Sequence record: NC_019526.1
Length of the DNA stretch: 64,000 nt
Strand: one strand, 5' to 3'
In this document: positions 42,708 to 53,581 of the stretch, in pieces
Numbering within the stretch: position 1 is the first letter of the stretch
How the letters are laid out: the number at the start of each line of letters is the position of its first letter
The notes under the pieces: generated by a model
Databases searched by the model: none
What the model was told of the DNA's origin: nothing
Seen by the model: only the letters and a program-made list of their open reading frames with translations
Made by a program: the position numbers and the translations under genes

Positions 42708-43601
42708 ATGTTTATGAAACCTATTACAGTACTGTCATTATTCAATGGGATGAGTGTTGGGTATATGGCACTAAAGAATGCTGGAATTCCAGTACAGAAA
42801 TATTACTCATCAGAAATTGATAAATTTGCTATTGCTGAATCACAAGCCAACTACCCTGATATTATTCAGTTAGGTGATATAACTAAATGGGAAGATTGGG
42901 ATATCGACTGGGGTAGTATTGACCTACTTATTGGTGGAAGTCCTTGTACTGATGTAAGTTTTGCGGGAAAACAAGAGGGGTTAGTGAAACCAGATGAAAA
43001 CGGTGATGGTGGAACAAGAAGTGGTTTATTTTATATAATGATTGACATATTCAATCATATTAAATCGATAAATCCAGATTTAAATTTTTTATTTGAAAAT
43101 GTCAAGATGAAAAAAGAACATCTTGAAGAATTTAATAATAATATAGGGGTTGATCCTGTTCTAATCAATTCTGAATTATATACTGCTCATTACAGACAGA
43201 GATATTACTGGATTAGCTCAAATAAGCTAATTCTCAATCCCACCTACAAAGCCCCAGTACTTCAAGATATTATTGTTAATGCATATACTGACAGGAATAA
43301 ATCATATTGCATTGATGCCAATTACTGGAAAAAGGGGAATATCACACAGTACTTACGCAAATCAAGAAGACAGATTGTTTATCTAAGAGACGATCATGAT
43401 TTATTCAGTACTGAAGAAAAAATTAACACATTTAAACTCAATGTTGACTATAGACATTTAACAGTAGACGAAGTATGTTTATTACAGGGTGTACCTGTTG
43501 GATTTTTTAAAGTAAGTAGTGCAACACAAGCATACAAAATGCTAGGTAATGGATGGACATGTCCAGTTATTGAACATCTATTAAAGGAAATTTTCTTTTA
43601 A
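42708..43601 (+). CDS. DNA (cytosine-5) methyltransferase
   Basis: LSLFNGM (motif I), GGSPC (IV), FENV (VI), RQRYYW (VIII), LGNGW (X). Confidence 0.92.
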   Translation: MFMKPITVLSLFNGMSVGYMALKNAGIPVQKYYSSEIDKFAIAESQANYPDIIQLGDITKWEDWDIDWGSIDLLIGGSPCTDVSFAGKQEGLVKPDENGDGGTRSGLFYIMIDIFNHIKSINPDLNFLFENVKMKKEHLEEFNNNIGVDPVLINSELYTAHYRQRYYWISSNKLILNPTYKAPVLQDIIVNAYTDRNKSYCIDANYWKKGNITQYLRKSRRQIVYLRDDHDLFSTEEKINTFKLNVDYRHLTVDEVCLLQGVPVGFFKVSSATQAYKMLGNGWTCPVIEHLLKEIFF

Positions 43602-43630
43602 TTAATAATTTAAAATGGAAAATAATATCA

Positions 43631-43840
43631 ATGATTAGTAAAGTATACCTTGATGAAAATATTTCTAACGAAAAGACACAATATGCAGTTTATGATTCCT
43701 TGACTGATAAAGTACTAACAGAGAGTATTCATTCTTATAAAGCAGATGTTGAAGATTTTATGACACACAAATATGGTGCTGACTGGCGTACAACACATGC
43801 ATTATATAGTATTCGTGAAATTAAAATCGTAGTGTTATAA
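43631..43840 (+). CDS. Hypothetical protein
   Basis: 69 aa ORF. Confidence 0.65.
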   Translation: MISKVYLDENISNEKTQYAVYDSLTDKVLTESIHSYKADVEDFMTHKYGADWRTTHALYSIREIKIVVL

Positions 43841-43860
43841 ACATAAAAAATCCACCACAT

Positions 43861-44331
43861 GTGGATTTTTTTCTATTTGAGATTAAATTAAACATGCACA
43901 ATGAAGAAATAATTCATTTTCTTAAATTTTATTTAAAATGTATCAATGCTGTTCAAAAATTAATGGAATGTGAAATGATTAATGATTTTAATGATCATTT
44001 TGGATATATAAGTACAGATTTATATCCCGTCCCTGTTCGTGCAAAATGGAATTATGATCAAGATGCATATGCAATGCAACTGGATTTTGATTTATTCGGA
44101 CTACCATCTAAATTTAATATAGAAACTATTTGTTTTGATAAAAATGATGGTTTGATTTTAATTTGTTATAACAATAAAACAGAAGTTGATTTAAAATACA
44201 GAGAATGGTTAACCGAAGAATCGTATTTTCAGTCCTCATTAATTTATGATTTGGGTAGTACTGATTTACAGTACTGGAAAAAATGCATTGATTTATTTGA
44301 AAAGATTGAAGGAGTAATGACAGGTGTTTAA
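43861..44331 (+). CDS. FQxS-motif family protein (paralog of 53747..54196)
   Basis: WLTEESYFQSSLIYDLGSTDLQYWKKCI; start uncertain. Confidence 0.75.
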   Translation: MDFFLFEIKLNMHNEEIIHFLKFYLKCINAVQKLMECEMINDFNDHFGYISTDLYPVPVRAKWNYDQDAYAMQLDFDLFGLPSKFNIETICFDKNDGLILICYNNKTEVDLKYREWLTEESYFQSSLIYDLGSTDLQYWKKCIDLFEKIEGVMTGV

Positions 44332-44719
44332 AATAAAACTAATTTATACCACCGGCGATACATTCGAAACACGTGAAGTAGAAAGATTTATTAATTGCGA
44401 ATGGGATACAGAAGAGAAAGCTATTCATGAAATGAATAAAATCCGAGAGCACTGGATTTTTAATAAAAAAATTAGTTCTACTCGTGATAAAGGCACAAAG
44501 AAGAGATTGGTATCACAAGCTATTATGCAATCATGGTATAAACCTGGTAATTCTGAATATACTATGCTGCTAGTTGATAATGATGGAAATTCTTTTGAGA
44601 TGTATGCTGCATGGTTAGGGTATTTTGAAATTCTTCATAGTACTGAAGTAGTCAATACAAACCAATTAGACAACTATATTGATTTCGATGAATTAAGATC
44701 AAACATGGGATTGTGGTAA
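44324..44719 (+). CDS. Hypothetical protein
   Basis: IYTTGDTF...WLGYFEILHSTEV motif common in phage ORFs. Confidence 0.75.
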   Translation: MFKIKLIYTTGDTFETREVERFINCEWDTEEKAIHEMNKIREHWIFNKKISSTRDKGTKKRLVSQAIMQSWYKPGNSEYTMLLVDNDGNSFEMYAAWLGYFEILHSTEVVNTNQLDNYIDFDELRSNMGLW

Positions 44720-45153
44720 TGAATGGTCCAACTGTACTAAAAATCCTTCGTAAATTTAAACACCCAATATTGGTCGGTCGCTGGAAATCATTAAAAGAAA
44801 ATAAAAATACCGACGATCAAAAAAATATCAATTATAGATGGTATTGGGATTATTCTAAAGATTATGGTGATTCACTTTGTGTAAAAATTAAATTCAATAA
44901 TTATAATAAATGGTCTAGAGATAAAAAATATGTATATTCATATGATATTCACTTATCAAAGGAACATGTATTTATTTTTCATAGAAGTTACAACAAATTT
45001 TCAACTAAACATTATGTACTATTTTCTATAAATGAATTATATGAAGATTTAGAAAGTGTATTATTTCAGCAATCATTATTGACTTCTACTGGTATGGTGA
45101 GTACTCAAGAAATTGAAGTACTTAAAGAATTAAAAGATATATATTTTACATAA
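44713..45153 (+). CDS. FQxS-motif family protein
   Basis: ESVLFQQSLL. Confidence 0.7.
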   Translation: MVMNGPTVLKILRKFKHPILVGRWKSLKENKNTDDQKNINYRWYWDYSKDYGDSLCVKIKFNNYNKWSRDKKYVYSYDIHLSKEHVFIFHRSYNKFSTKHYVLFSINELYEDLESVLFQQSLLTSTGMVSTQEIEVLKELKDIYFT

Positions 45154-45172
45154 TACAAATTGAGGATAATAA

Positions 45173-45700
45173 ATGTTTGGTATTTTATATAAATGCAATG
45201 ATGGTAGAGACTATTATTGTACGTCTTCGAGATTTGCACATTTCTCAGAAGATATTGAATCGATTGCTGAATTTGCACAACAAAAAACTGCTGAAAAAAT
45301 TGCAAACCATTTTACCAAAACAAATGATTTTGAAGAATTATATGGTACTGGTAAATTGTTAGTGATTAAAGTAGTTAAAGTACCTTTAAGTCTAAAGGAA
45401 ATTCCATTGATTAAACTAAAATCTGGATACCGAATTTATTCAGAAGAAAATGATGAATATTATAGTGGTAATAAAAATCCAAAAAGTTTCAATCATTTAA
45501 ATCTTGATGATTTACATTGTAGTACTGTTTATAAGTCAGAAAAAGAAGCACAAAAAACGATTGATGCTATGATTAAAGAATTTTATGATTATGCATTCAA
45601 CACTTATGAACCAGGTCATAGTCGTTATGAATATCACGTAAAGATATATGAAACAGATTACCTCATTGCTTCTAAATTAAAAATTGTTTATATTGAATAA
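45173..45700 (+). CDS. Hypothetical protein
   Basis: 175 aa ORF, GAGG RBS. Confidence 0.75.
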   Translation: MFGILYKCNDGRDYYCTSSRFAHFSEDIESIAEFAQQKTAEKIANHFTKTNDFEELYGTGKLLVIKVVKVPLSLKEIPLIKLKSGYRIYSEENDEYYSGNKNPKSFNHLNLDDLHCSTVYKSEKEAQKTIDAMIKEFYDYAFNTYEPGHSRYEYHVKIYETDYLIASKLKIVYIE

Positions 45701-45705
45701 AAAGC

Positions 45706-45733
45706 TTGACATATAAATTGACAATGATATAAT
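45706..45733 (+). promoter_or_regulatory. Sigma70 promoter TTGACA-16-TATAAT
   Basis: Direct motif match. Confidence 0.6.
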
Positions 45734-45763
45734 AATTGCAAATCAACCAAAGAGTGAATTTGT

Positions 45764-46003
45764 ATGAAATATTATAATGGCTTTAGTGATATTGGTGTAA
45801 AGTTTGAAAATGGTAAAGGATACTATTTCCATGGTATGTCACCTTGGATTGAAACCAATGTATCTGAAGGATTAATTAAGTCCCTTGCATACTATAAAAA
45901 ACTTAATGAATATGATATTCCTATGCGTGAAAAATCATCATTCAGTACTTCAATCGTTGATAACAAAGATCTTCTTATGGAGAAATTTAATGCCTTATCG
46001 TAA
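45764..46003 (+). CDS. Hypothetical protein
   Basis: 79 aa ORF. Confidence 0.7.
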   Translation: MKYYNGFSDIGVKFENGKGYYFHGMSPWIETNVSEGLIKSLAYYKKLNEYDIPMREKSSFSTSIVDNKDLLMEKFNALS

Positions 46004-46148
46004 AAGTCGCGGTAAAATGAATCCTGAAACAAAAGCTGCATTAATTAATACGATGCTGATCGGAACAAATTATCATTGTATTGTTATTAATGGTGAAGTA
46101 CATAAAATTAATGTCAAAGAAATCCTTGACGAACGTCCTGATCTTTGA
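45990..46148 (+). CDS. Hypothetical protein
   Basis: Start moved to MPYRK (GGAG RBS). Confidence 0.55.
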   Translation: MPYRKSRGKMNPETKAALINTMLIGTNYHCIVINGEVHKINVKEILDERPDL

Positions 46149-46196
46149 TATAATCGTTTACATCATCTACTGATACTATTAATTAAAGGAAATACC

Positions 46197-46628
46197 ATGA
46201 AATCTAAAATTCAGATGCGTCGTGCCAAACATATGATTGCTATTTGGTTAAAACCAGGTGATAAAGAATCATTAAAAGATGCATTTGATACTGCTAAACG
46301 TTGCTGGAATCGTTCTTCACAACGTGTATTGAAAACATGGGCTAAGGAACTCTATAAGAATCCCGAACGTTATGAATTCACTGGTATGGCACATAAAGAG
46401 TTGAAATTGGAAGATTTCTTCACTGAAGATGATTGTCAATATGTACTTGATACTGTACAAGAACACGTATCAGGTAGTGACAATCATTATGCTATTCGTA
46501 GTATTATCCAACACAAATGGGTTTATGGACTTAGCACTGATTACGCTATCCAATATGGCTTAGAAGCATACTTTGGCAAAGGTTTAAAATTTCGCCCCAA
46601 ACGTCCAGTACTGAAAGGTATCAAATAA
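46197..46628 (+). CDS. Hypothetical protein
   Basis: 143 aa ORF, AAGGA RBS. Confidence 0.75.
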   Translation: MKSKIQMRRAKHMIAIWLKPGDKESLKDAFDTAKRCWNRSSQRVLKTWAKELYKNPERYEFTGMAHKELKLEDFFTEDDCQYVLDTVQEHVSGSDNHYAIRSIIQHKWVYGLSTDYAIQYGLEAYFGKGLKFRPKRPVLKGIK

Positions 46629-46984
46629 TGAAACAATATGCTATCAAATATAAACCCAATGGGAAAATCATTTCTTTGTATAATACAAAAGAAGCTGCAT
46701 TGGAACGTTGTAAGTTTATTGGTGGTGATTCTAATGTATTTGGTGTATTTGAAGTATTTGTATATTTCGACCGTTATGATTCATCATATGAATGGATCGG
46801 TGTAGTACTGAAATCTAATAATACTGTATTGAATATCTTTGCTGATACTGGTGAAATTTCTAATAGTTGCCAGTACTTAATTAAAAACAAGCATTGCTAT
46901 ACCAAAAAAGTACAGATCCGTACTAATGGAAAAGAAATCAAAGCACCAAAAGTCAAAAAAGATGAGTTTTCATTTGAGGATTAA
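46628..46984 (+). CDS. Hypothetical protein
   Basis: 118 aa, coupled. Confidence 0.7.
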   Translation: MKQYAIKYKPNGKIISLYNTKEAALERCKFIGGDSNVFGVFEVFVYFDRYDSSYEWIGVVLKSNNTVLNIFADTGEISNSCQYLIKNKHCYTKKVQIRTNGKEIKAPKVKKDEFSFED

Positions 46985-46987
46985 ATA

Positions 46988-47530
46988 ATGGCTGGTATTG
47001 AAAAAGTTTGTGAATATAGTGGTGAATATCCGGGCGGTTTAATGTATGGATATAAGCGTAATCATATTCAGGTTATTCCAAAATATCGCAAAGAATTTCG
47101 TGGTAAGAAAGCAACACTGCATGTATTTAAAAATGGTTTAAAAGAAGTATATAAATGTGGTGCACGAAGTGATGCAGAACTCAAATGCATAAATCCTAAT
47201 CCATCCGAAGAGAATTGGGATAATCATGAGTACTATCGAATGGGTAAACGTACTCCCTGGGGAAAACCAGAAGTTTATGGTGTGTTCTTTGAAAATATCA
47301 AAGAATATAAAAATGCATTGAAGCAATATCATCAACGCCTTCTAATGGAATATGCTTATATTCTTGAAGTTCCAGAAGTTCAAGGCGAAGTCAATGGTTT
47401 GTACAGTAATTACAGTACAGATCTGACTTCGGTAAAACGCCGTATGCGTCGTTTGGTTGGACGAAAAAACTTGACAATCATTTATCATGATTGTACAATG
47501 TACGAATTCTATGAATCATTGGGGTATTAA
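46988..47530 (+). CDS. Hypothetical protein
   Basis: MAGIEKVCEYSGEY...KRNHIQV phage motif. Confidence 0.75.
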   Translation: MAGIEKVCEYSGEYPGGLMYGYKRNHIQVIPKYRKEFRGKKATLHVFKNGLKEVYKCGARSDAELKCINPNPSEENWDNHEYYRMGKRTPWGKPEVYGVFFENIKEYKNALKQYHQRLLMEYAYILEVPEVQGEVNGLYSNYSTDLTSVKRRMRRLVGRKNLTIIYHDCTMYEFYESLGY

Positions 47531-47531
47531 T

Positions 47532-47798
47532 ATGAAAAAGATTATCATTGCAGCATTGCTCTGTACTCTAACTGGAGTAGTATCCAGTACAGCAAATGCT
47601 TCTCTTCTTGGTAATAACAACAATAAAGAAGAACAAAAAGGAAAATACCATATTACATGTTGGCATCCAAATGGTAGTGAATACGTCAATCGTGATATTA
47701 AAGACTTTTATTCTTATAATTCTTTACTATTGAAGATTATCAATTTAAATGATAGTGTTGACTATGTTAATAGTGAATGTTATATTGAAAAATATTAA
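47532..47798 (+). CDS. Putative exported protein
   Basis: MKKIIIAALLCTLTGVVSSTANA signal peptide. Confidence 0.7.
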   Translation: MKKIIIAALLCTLTGVVSSTANASLLGNNNNKEEQKGKYHITCWHPNGSEYVNRDIKDFYSYNSLLLKIINLNDSVDYVNSECYIEKY

Positions 47799-47988
47799 TT
47801 CTATTTCGAGAAATATGGTTTGGTTAATACAATCGATATTTCTTACTATATTGACATTGTTGATTTTATTTACACCATCCATGATATATGTATATTTTGG
47901 TGGTAGTGATCCAAATATTGAATTTTCATGCAGAGTATTGGGATTTATTATTTGGTTGACCATTCTTTTGTATATAATGAGAAAATAA
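47749..47988 (+). CDS. Small membrane protein (start uncertain)
   Basis: Two hydrophobic segments. Confidence 0.5.
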   Translation: MIVLTMLIVNVILKNINSISRNMVWLIQSIFLTILTLLILFTPSMIYVYFGGSDPNIEFSCRVLGFIIWLTILLYIMRK

Positions 47989-47989
47989 T

Positions 47990-48819
<830 letters not shown>

Positions 48820-48823
<4 letters not shown>

Positions 48824-49092
48824 AAATTTTAAAACTTCGTGTATCTGATTTTAGTTCAGAAATTTATGTTGGTAACGATTTTAGCCCAGATCCTCTCGAA
48901 ATGCTTGAAAAGATTCGAACTGCTGGTGCTATTGGGACTGAAACAGATCGTACAATGTATTTTCTTACTGAATCTAAAGATAAATTCGAAAAAGCACAAG
49001 AAGATGTAAAAAAGCTCTTGACAAAGAATGGTTATGTACTATATAATCCATGTACTGTCCTGATTGATTGTAAGACTGAGAAGAGAAAATAA
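48820..49092 (+). CDS. Hypothetical protein
   Basis: 90 aa, coupled. Confidence 0.7.
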
Positions 49093-49093
49093 T

Positions 49094-49390
49094 ATGTCAG
49101 AATTGCAAGAAAAATACATCTCTCTTAAAAAAGAACTCAACTCTGCTAAAGAGCAGAAAGAAAAATTGCTACCGCGTTATAAAGAACTCAATGAACTAGA
49201 TAACAACGGGTATAGTGTTGCACTAAATGACTTGGTAAATAAACGTACCAAAGCAGAAGAACGTGAGTTCAATAACCTAAGCAAAAATATTAGTGCACTA
49301 AATAGCAAAATCACTGGATTGCAGAAAACGATCATCAAACTCGGTTCTGAAATCCTTGAAGAAATCGCTAAAAAAGCTGAACAAAATTAA
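49094..49390 (+). CDS. Coiled-coil hypothetical protein
   Basis: Heptad-rich; start moved to MSELQ. Confidence 0.7.
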   Translation: MSELQEKYISLKKELNSAKEQKEKLLPRYKELNELDNNGYSVALNDLVNKRTKAEEREFNNLSKNISALNSKITGLQKTIIKLGSEILEEIAKKAEQN

Positions 49391-49489
49391 TTTTTAGTGA
49401 TATAATATAAACATCAGTAAAAAGCTGATAAACATGGCGTCTCAATGAAGAGACATTCTATAAAAGAAACAAAAAAGGGTTATACAACA

Positions 49490-49690
49490 ATGGCTAATGA
49501 AGTAAACAACAACGAACTAATCGATATCACCGATGTTGAACGTACTGAAAACTACATTCAGTTCCAAATCTCTCAAGCAGAATCGATGTTGGAAGAACAT
49601 CATCGCGTTGGTTCTAGGCCATTTATTTTCCACCACATTGTGACGTGGAAGAAAAATCTTCAATCTGAGCTTGATGCTCTTCGTAAGTAA
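49490..49690 (+). CDS. Hypothetical protein
   Basis: Start moved to MANEV. Confidence 0.65.
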   Translation: MANEVNNNELIDITDVERTENYIQFQISQAESMLEEHHRVGSRPFIFHHIVTWKKNLQSELDALRK

Positions 49691-49769
49691 TATCAAATCA
49701 AGCCACTACGTATATGTAGTGGCTATTATTTTAAGTACATGTTTAAGTACATTACAAAGGTGAATTATC

Positions 49770-50273
<504 letters not shown>

Positions 50274-50301
50274 TATTTTATAATAAAAAGGGATATTTTA
50301 T

Positions 50302-50547
50302 ATGAATGAAAAAATTGTAAAACTAAACACTTTACTACAAGAAATTGTAGATCTAAGTTCTCACATGGATGATACACATATTCATATGGTTGAGGAATTA
50401 TGTTCATCTGTACTTGCAGTATTTGCTGATCATGATTATGTTCCTATGGTACACGTAGAGGCACCTGAAGAAGACGGTGAAACTGAAATTTCTCATGGTG
50501 TATTTGCTGTTCGCAAGGACAATAAAATTACGATTGTTAAAAAATAA
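50302..50547 (+). CDS. Hypothetical protein
   Basis: 81 aa ORF followed by a hairpin terminator. Confidence 0.7.
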   Translation: MNEKIVKLNTLLQEIVDLSSHMDDTHIHMVEELCSSVLAVFADHDYVPMVHVEAPEEDGETEISHGVFAVRKDNKITIVKK

Positions 50548-50580
50548 TATTAAGGAGACTGCTAATAGTCTCCTTTATTT

Positions 50581-51479
<899 letters not shown>

Positions 51480-51481
51480 AT

Positions 51482-51688
51482 ATGCATGTAAAAATTAACC
51501 CAGAAAAGAACTTTTATAATGAAGTATTCGGTTCTGAAGATTTAGTACGTCATTTTCCTGAATTAGAAACAACTGGCGTCGAAGTTTATTATGATGGTGA
51601 CTTGTATCATATCATTAAAGATGGTAAACTAGCTGGAGATTGCTGTTTCTTTGATGAAGAAGAAATGGAACATCTTACCATTCTATAA
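51482..51688 (+). CDS. Hypothetical protein
   Basis: 68 aa ORF, AGGA RBS. Confidence 0.7.
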   Translation: MHVKINPEKNFYNEVFGSEDLVRHFPELETTGVEVYYDGDLYHIIKDGKLAGDCCFFDEEEMEHLTIL

Positions 51689-51700
51689 ATAAAAAAAAAT

Positions 51701-52192
51701 GGAGGCGACTGTATTCAGTACTGAATCAATTGATCGTTGCGTAATCAGATTCAGTTAGCGTAGTATTAGCTGGGACGCGTACTTGTGAGCCGCAACCACA
51801 ACGTACTTAAAATCCAACGCGTGGAGGGTAAGCATTCTGTACTGAATAGCAGAAGGGCTACAAAAACTTATACTTCAAAAAGGTTCGGGAAGTATTCGTA
51901 ATAAACCGTTTAATCGTCTTATCAGTGCTATGAACAACCAATATATTTGTGGTGGATATTATTGGACTCAAGTAGATGATGTTATCTTTGTACGCTTTCT
52001 AACCAAAAGGTCAGATAATAAAAATGTAAGAAAATTTCAGTACTGATAGCTGGAACCTTACTATAGTAAAAAGACCTGATATGACTCGCTTAGGTCTTTA
52101 AATTATATAATGCGAGGGACGCTACGCCTTAGTTTAGGGCTAAATCGTAAGGATTGCGTACTAAACCGCCTTGAGAGTCCCAAGGCAACTTT
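51701..52192 (+). ncRNA. Candidate large multi-pseudoknot ncRNA (~490 nt)
   Basis: GC-enriched, no long ORF; many hairpins; H-type pseudoknot 52070-52116; terminal hairpin followed by a U run. Confidence 0.6.
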
Positions 52193-52302
52193 TAATTTAA
52201 ATGAATTTGTACAAAACACAAAAAGGTGATATAATGATTCTATCTGAAGAAGATTGGGGTGTTTATCCTAAAGACGAATTTGATGGATTTTAATAAAAAA
52301 TC

Positions 52303-52332
52303 TTGAACAAAAACAAAATAATGTGATATAAT
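52303..52332 (+). promoter_or_regulatory. Sigma70-like promoter TTGAAC-18-TATAAT
   Basis: Directly precedes the ncRNA at 52343. Confidence 0.6.
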
Positions 52333-52342
52333 ATTAGCACTT

Positions 52343-52460
52343 AATGAGGATAGGTGCAGTTGGTGAGATACCGCATGAGAAATCATAGACACCGTAGAAA
52401 GCTAAGGGCTTGGTGAGCGACGGCAAAACCCAACCGTAGTAGAAGCTCTAGGAACTCATT
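52343..52460 (+). ncRNA. Candidate structured ncRNA (~118 nt)
   Basis: Closing stem AATGAG/CTCATT; internal GGTG/CACC, ATGA-GAAA-TCAT, ACGG/CCGT. Confidence 0.55.
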
Positions 52461-52486
52461 CAGTACATTTTAATTTAAAGAATTAA

Positions 52487-52574
52487 GGCCGTATGTCCAA
52501 ATTGGTAAAGGAGACAGACTTAAAATCTGTTGGTGATATTCACCTTCTCGATTCGAGTTCGAGTGCGGCTACCA
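52487..52574 (+). tRNA. trnL: tRNA-Leu(TAA)
   Basis: Cloverleaf GGCCGTA/TGCGGCT, anticodon loop CTTAAAA, long variable arm, encoded CCA. Confidence 0.92.
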
Positions 52575-52603
52575 AATCTATAGTACTTCATTAGGTAAAC
52601 AAT

Positions 52604-52927
52604 ATGTGTACTGAAGCAAGAAGATATGTTTATATTTTGGTTCGCAAAGATTTAGAACTAAAGGATATTATTGTTCAAACTGCTCATGCTTCATATGAAA
52701 GTGCAAAAGAATTCAAAAATAATGCTGATAGAACATCTATTATAGTTTTAGAAGTCAAAGACTTATACAAACTAAATGATGCTAAAAGTTATTTAAATTC
52801 TAATGGTATTAATTGGACTGTGTATACTGAAAAATCTTTAGGATTTGGAGAAACTGCTATCAGTACTGAAGCACTCAATAACGAACAACGAAAAATTATG
52901 CGTAAGTTCCAATTATTGAAAGTATAA
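52604..52927 (+). CDS. PTH2-like peptidyl-tRNA hydrolase (second copy)
   Basis: YVYILVRKDL...VQTAHAS...IIVLEV...ETAIST. Confidence 0.7.
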   Translation: MCTEARRYVYILVRKDLELKDIIVQTAHASYESAKEFKNNADRTSIIVLEVKDLYKLNDAKSYLNSNGINWTVYTEKSLGFGETAISTEALNNEQRKIMRKFQLLKV

Positions 52928-52940
52928 ATATAATAACAAA

Positions 52941-53016
<76 letters not shown>

Positions 53017-53021
53017 AATTC

Positions 53022-53117
53022 AACAGGTAGTAACGCTCTTAGGTGTACATTAATATAGGAATAAGGGTTAACAGTACTGTACACAAACGAGTAACCCCGA
53101 AAGACCCGAAACCTGTT
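53022..53117 (+). ncRNA. Candidate pseudoknotted ncRNA (~96 nt)
   Basis: AACAGGT/ACCTGTT closing stem; crossing helices GTGTAC/GTACAC and GGGTTA/TAACCC. Confidence 0.55.
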
Positions 53118-53127
53118 AAAGTTTTAC

Positions 53128-53177
53128 GGATGATTATAAATCTGAATTGACAGAAACAGCTAAAACTGTTATTATCC
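53128..53177 (+). ncRNA. 50-nt three-way-junction RNA, copy 1
   Basis: GGATGAT-TATAAA-TCTG AATTGA CAGA-AACA GCTAAAAC TGTT-ATTATCC. Confidence 0.75.
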
Positions 53178-53185
53178 TATTTTAT

Positions 53186-53370
53186 TCCACAATCAGACGT
53201 ATATGGTGTAAGTTACGTCGATGAAATCCAGAACAAGATCTCTGGTACTCTAGGAAGTGGTGAATGTTAACCTAGACGGGCTTGTTAATTGGACGATAAG
53301 CAATTAATACTTGACTAGCAGGTTTAAATTAGAGGTGACTGTCCTTCACTATACTGGAAAACCGGATGGA
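53186..53370 (+). ncRNA. Candidate structured ncRNA (~185 nt) with pseudoknot
   Basis: Four hairpins; loop TGGTGAA can pair with TTCACTA at 53345. Confidence 0.5.
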
Positions 53371-53388
53371 TTTTTAATTAAAAAAGTG

Positions 53389-53417
53389 TTGAACAAAATG
53401 TTCAATAATGATATAAT
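53389..53417 (+). promoter_or_regulatory. Promoter TTGAAC-17-TATAAT containing the inverted repeat TTGAAC-N5-GTTCAA
   Basis: Repeated at 54264, 54432 and 54639. Confidence 0.7.
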
Positions 53418-53423
53418 AATTAT

Positions 53424-53505
53424 CAATGTAAGGCGTGGAACAATGTTTACAGAAGTTACTTAGTAGCCTGTACGCCCCACGTCAAGGTAGCCGAAAGGCA
53501 AGTTT
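53424..53505 (+). ncRNA. Candidate structured ncRNA (~80 nt)
   Basis: GGCGTGG/CCACGTC, TACAG/CTGTA, GCC-GAAA-GGC; starts right after a promoter. Confidence 0.45.
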
Positions 53506-53508
53506 AAT

Positions 53509-53558
53509 GGGTGGTTATAAATCTGAATTGACAGAGACTATTAAAACAGTCACCATCC
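53509..53558 (+). ncRNA. 50-nt three-way-junction RNA, copy 2
   Basis: GGGTGGT-TATAAA-TCTG AATTGA CAGA-GACT ATTAAAAC AGTC-ACCATCC. Confidence 0.75.
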
Positions 53559-53581
53559 AAATTTTAATTTAATAGTTTAGT

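Noticed and set aside
51701-52192. tmRNA call for the large RNA
   Set aside because: It starts GGAGGCGAC and has pseudoknots, but I found no GGTTCRANTCC T arm, no acceptor 3' strand with CCA, and no Ala-rich tag ending. Kept as an unknown RNA.
52234-52293. 19-codon ORF MILSEEDWGVYPKDEFDGF after a promoter
   Set aside because: It is too short, its start overlaps the -10 box, and there is no supporting evidence.
53330-53370. RNase P RNA (AGAGGTGACTGTCC resembles the rnpB 3' region)
   Set aside because: The universal GAGGAAAGTCC and ACAGAA...GGCTTA elements are absent and the region is too short.
53432-53500. Pistol or twister ribozyme
   Set aside because: CGTGG/CCACG followed by TCAAGGTAG looks like pistol P1, but the loop pseudoknot and P2/P3 order do not fit.
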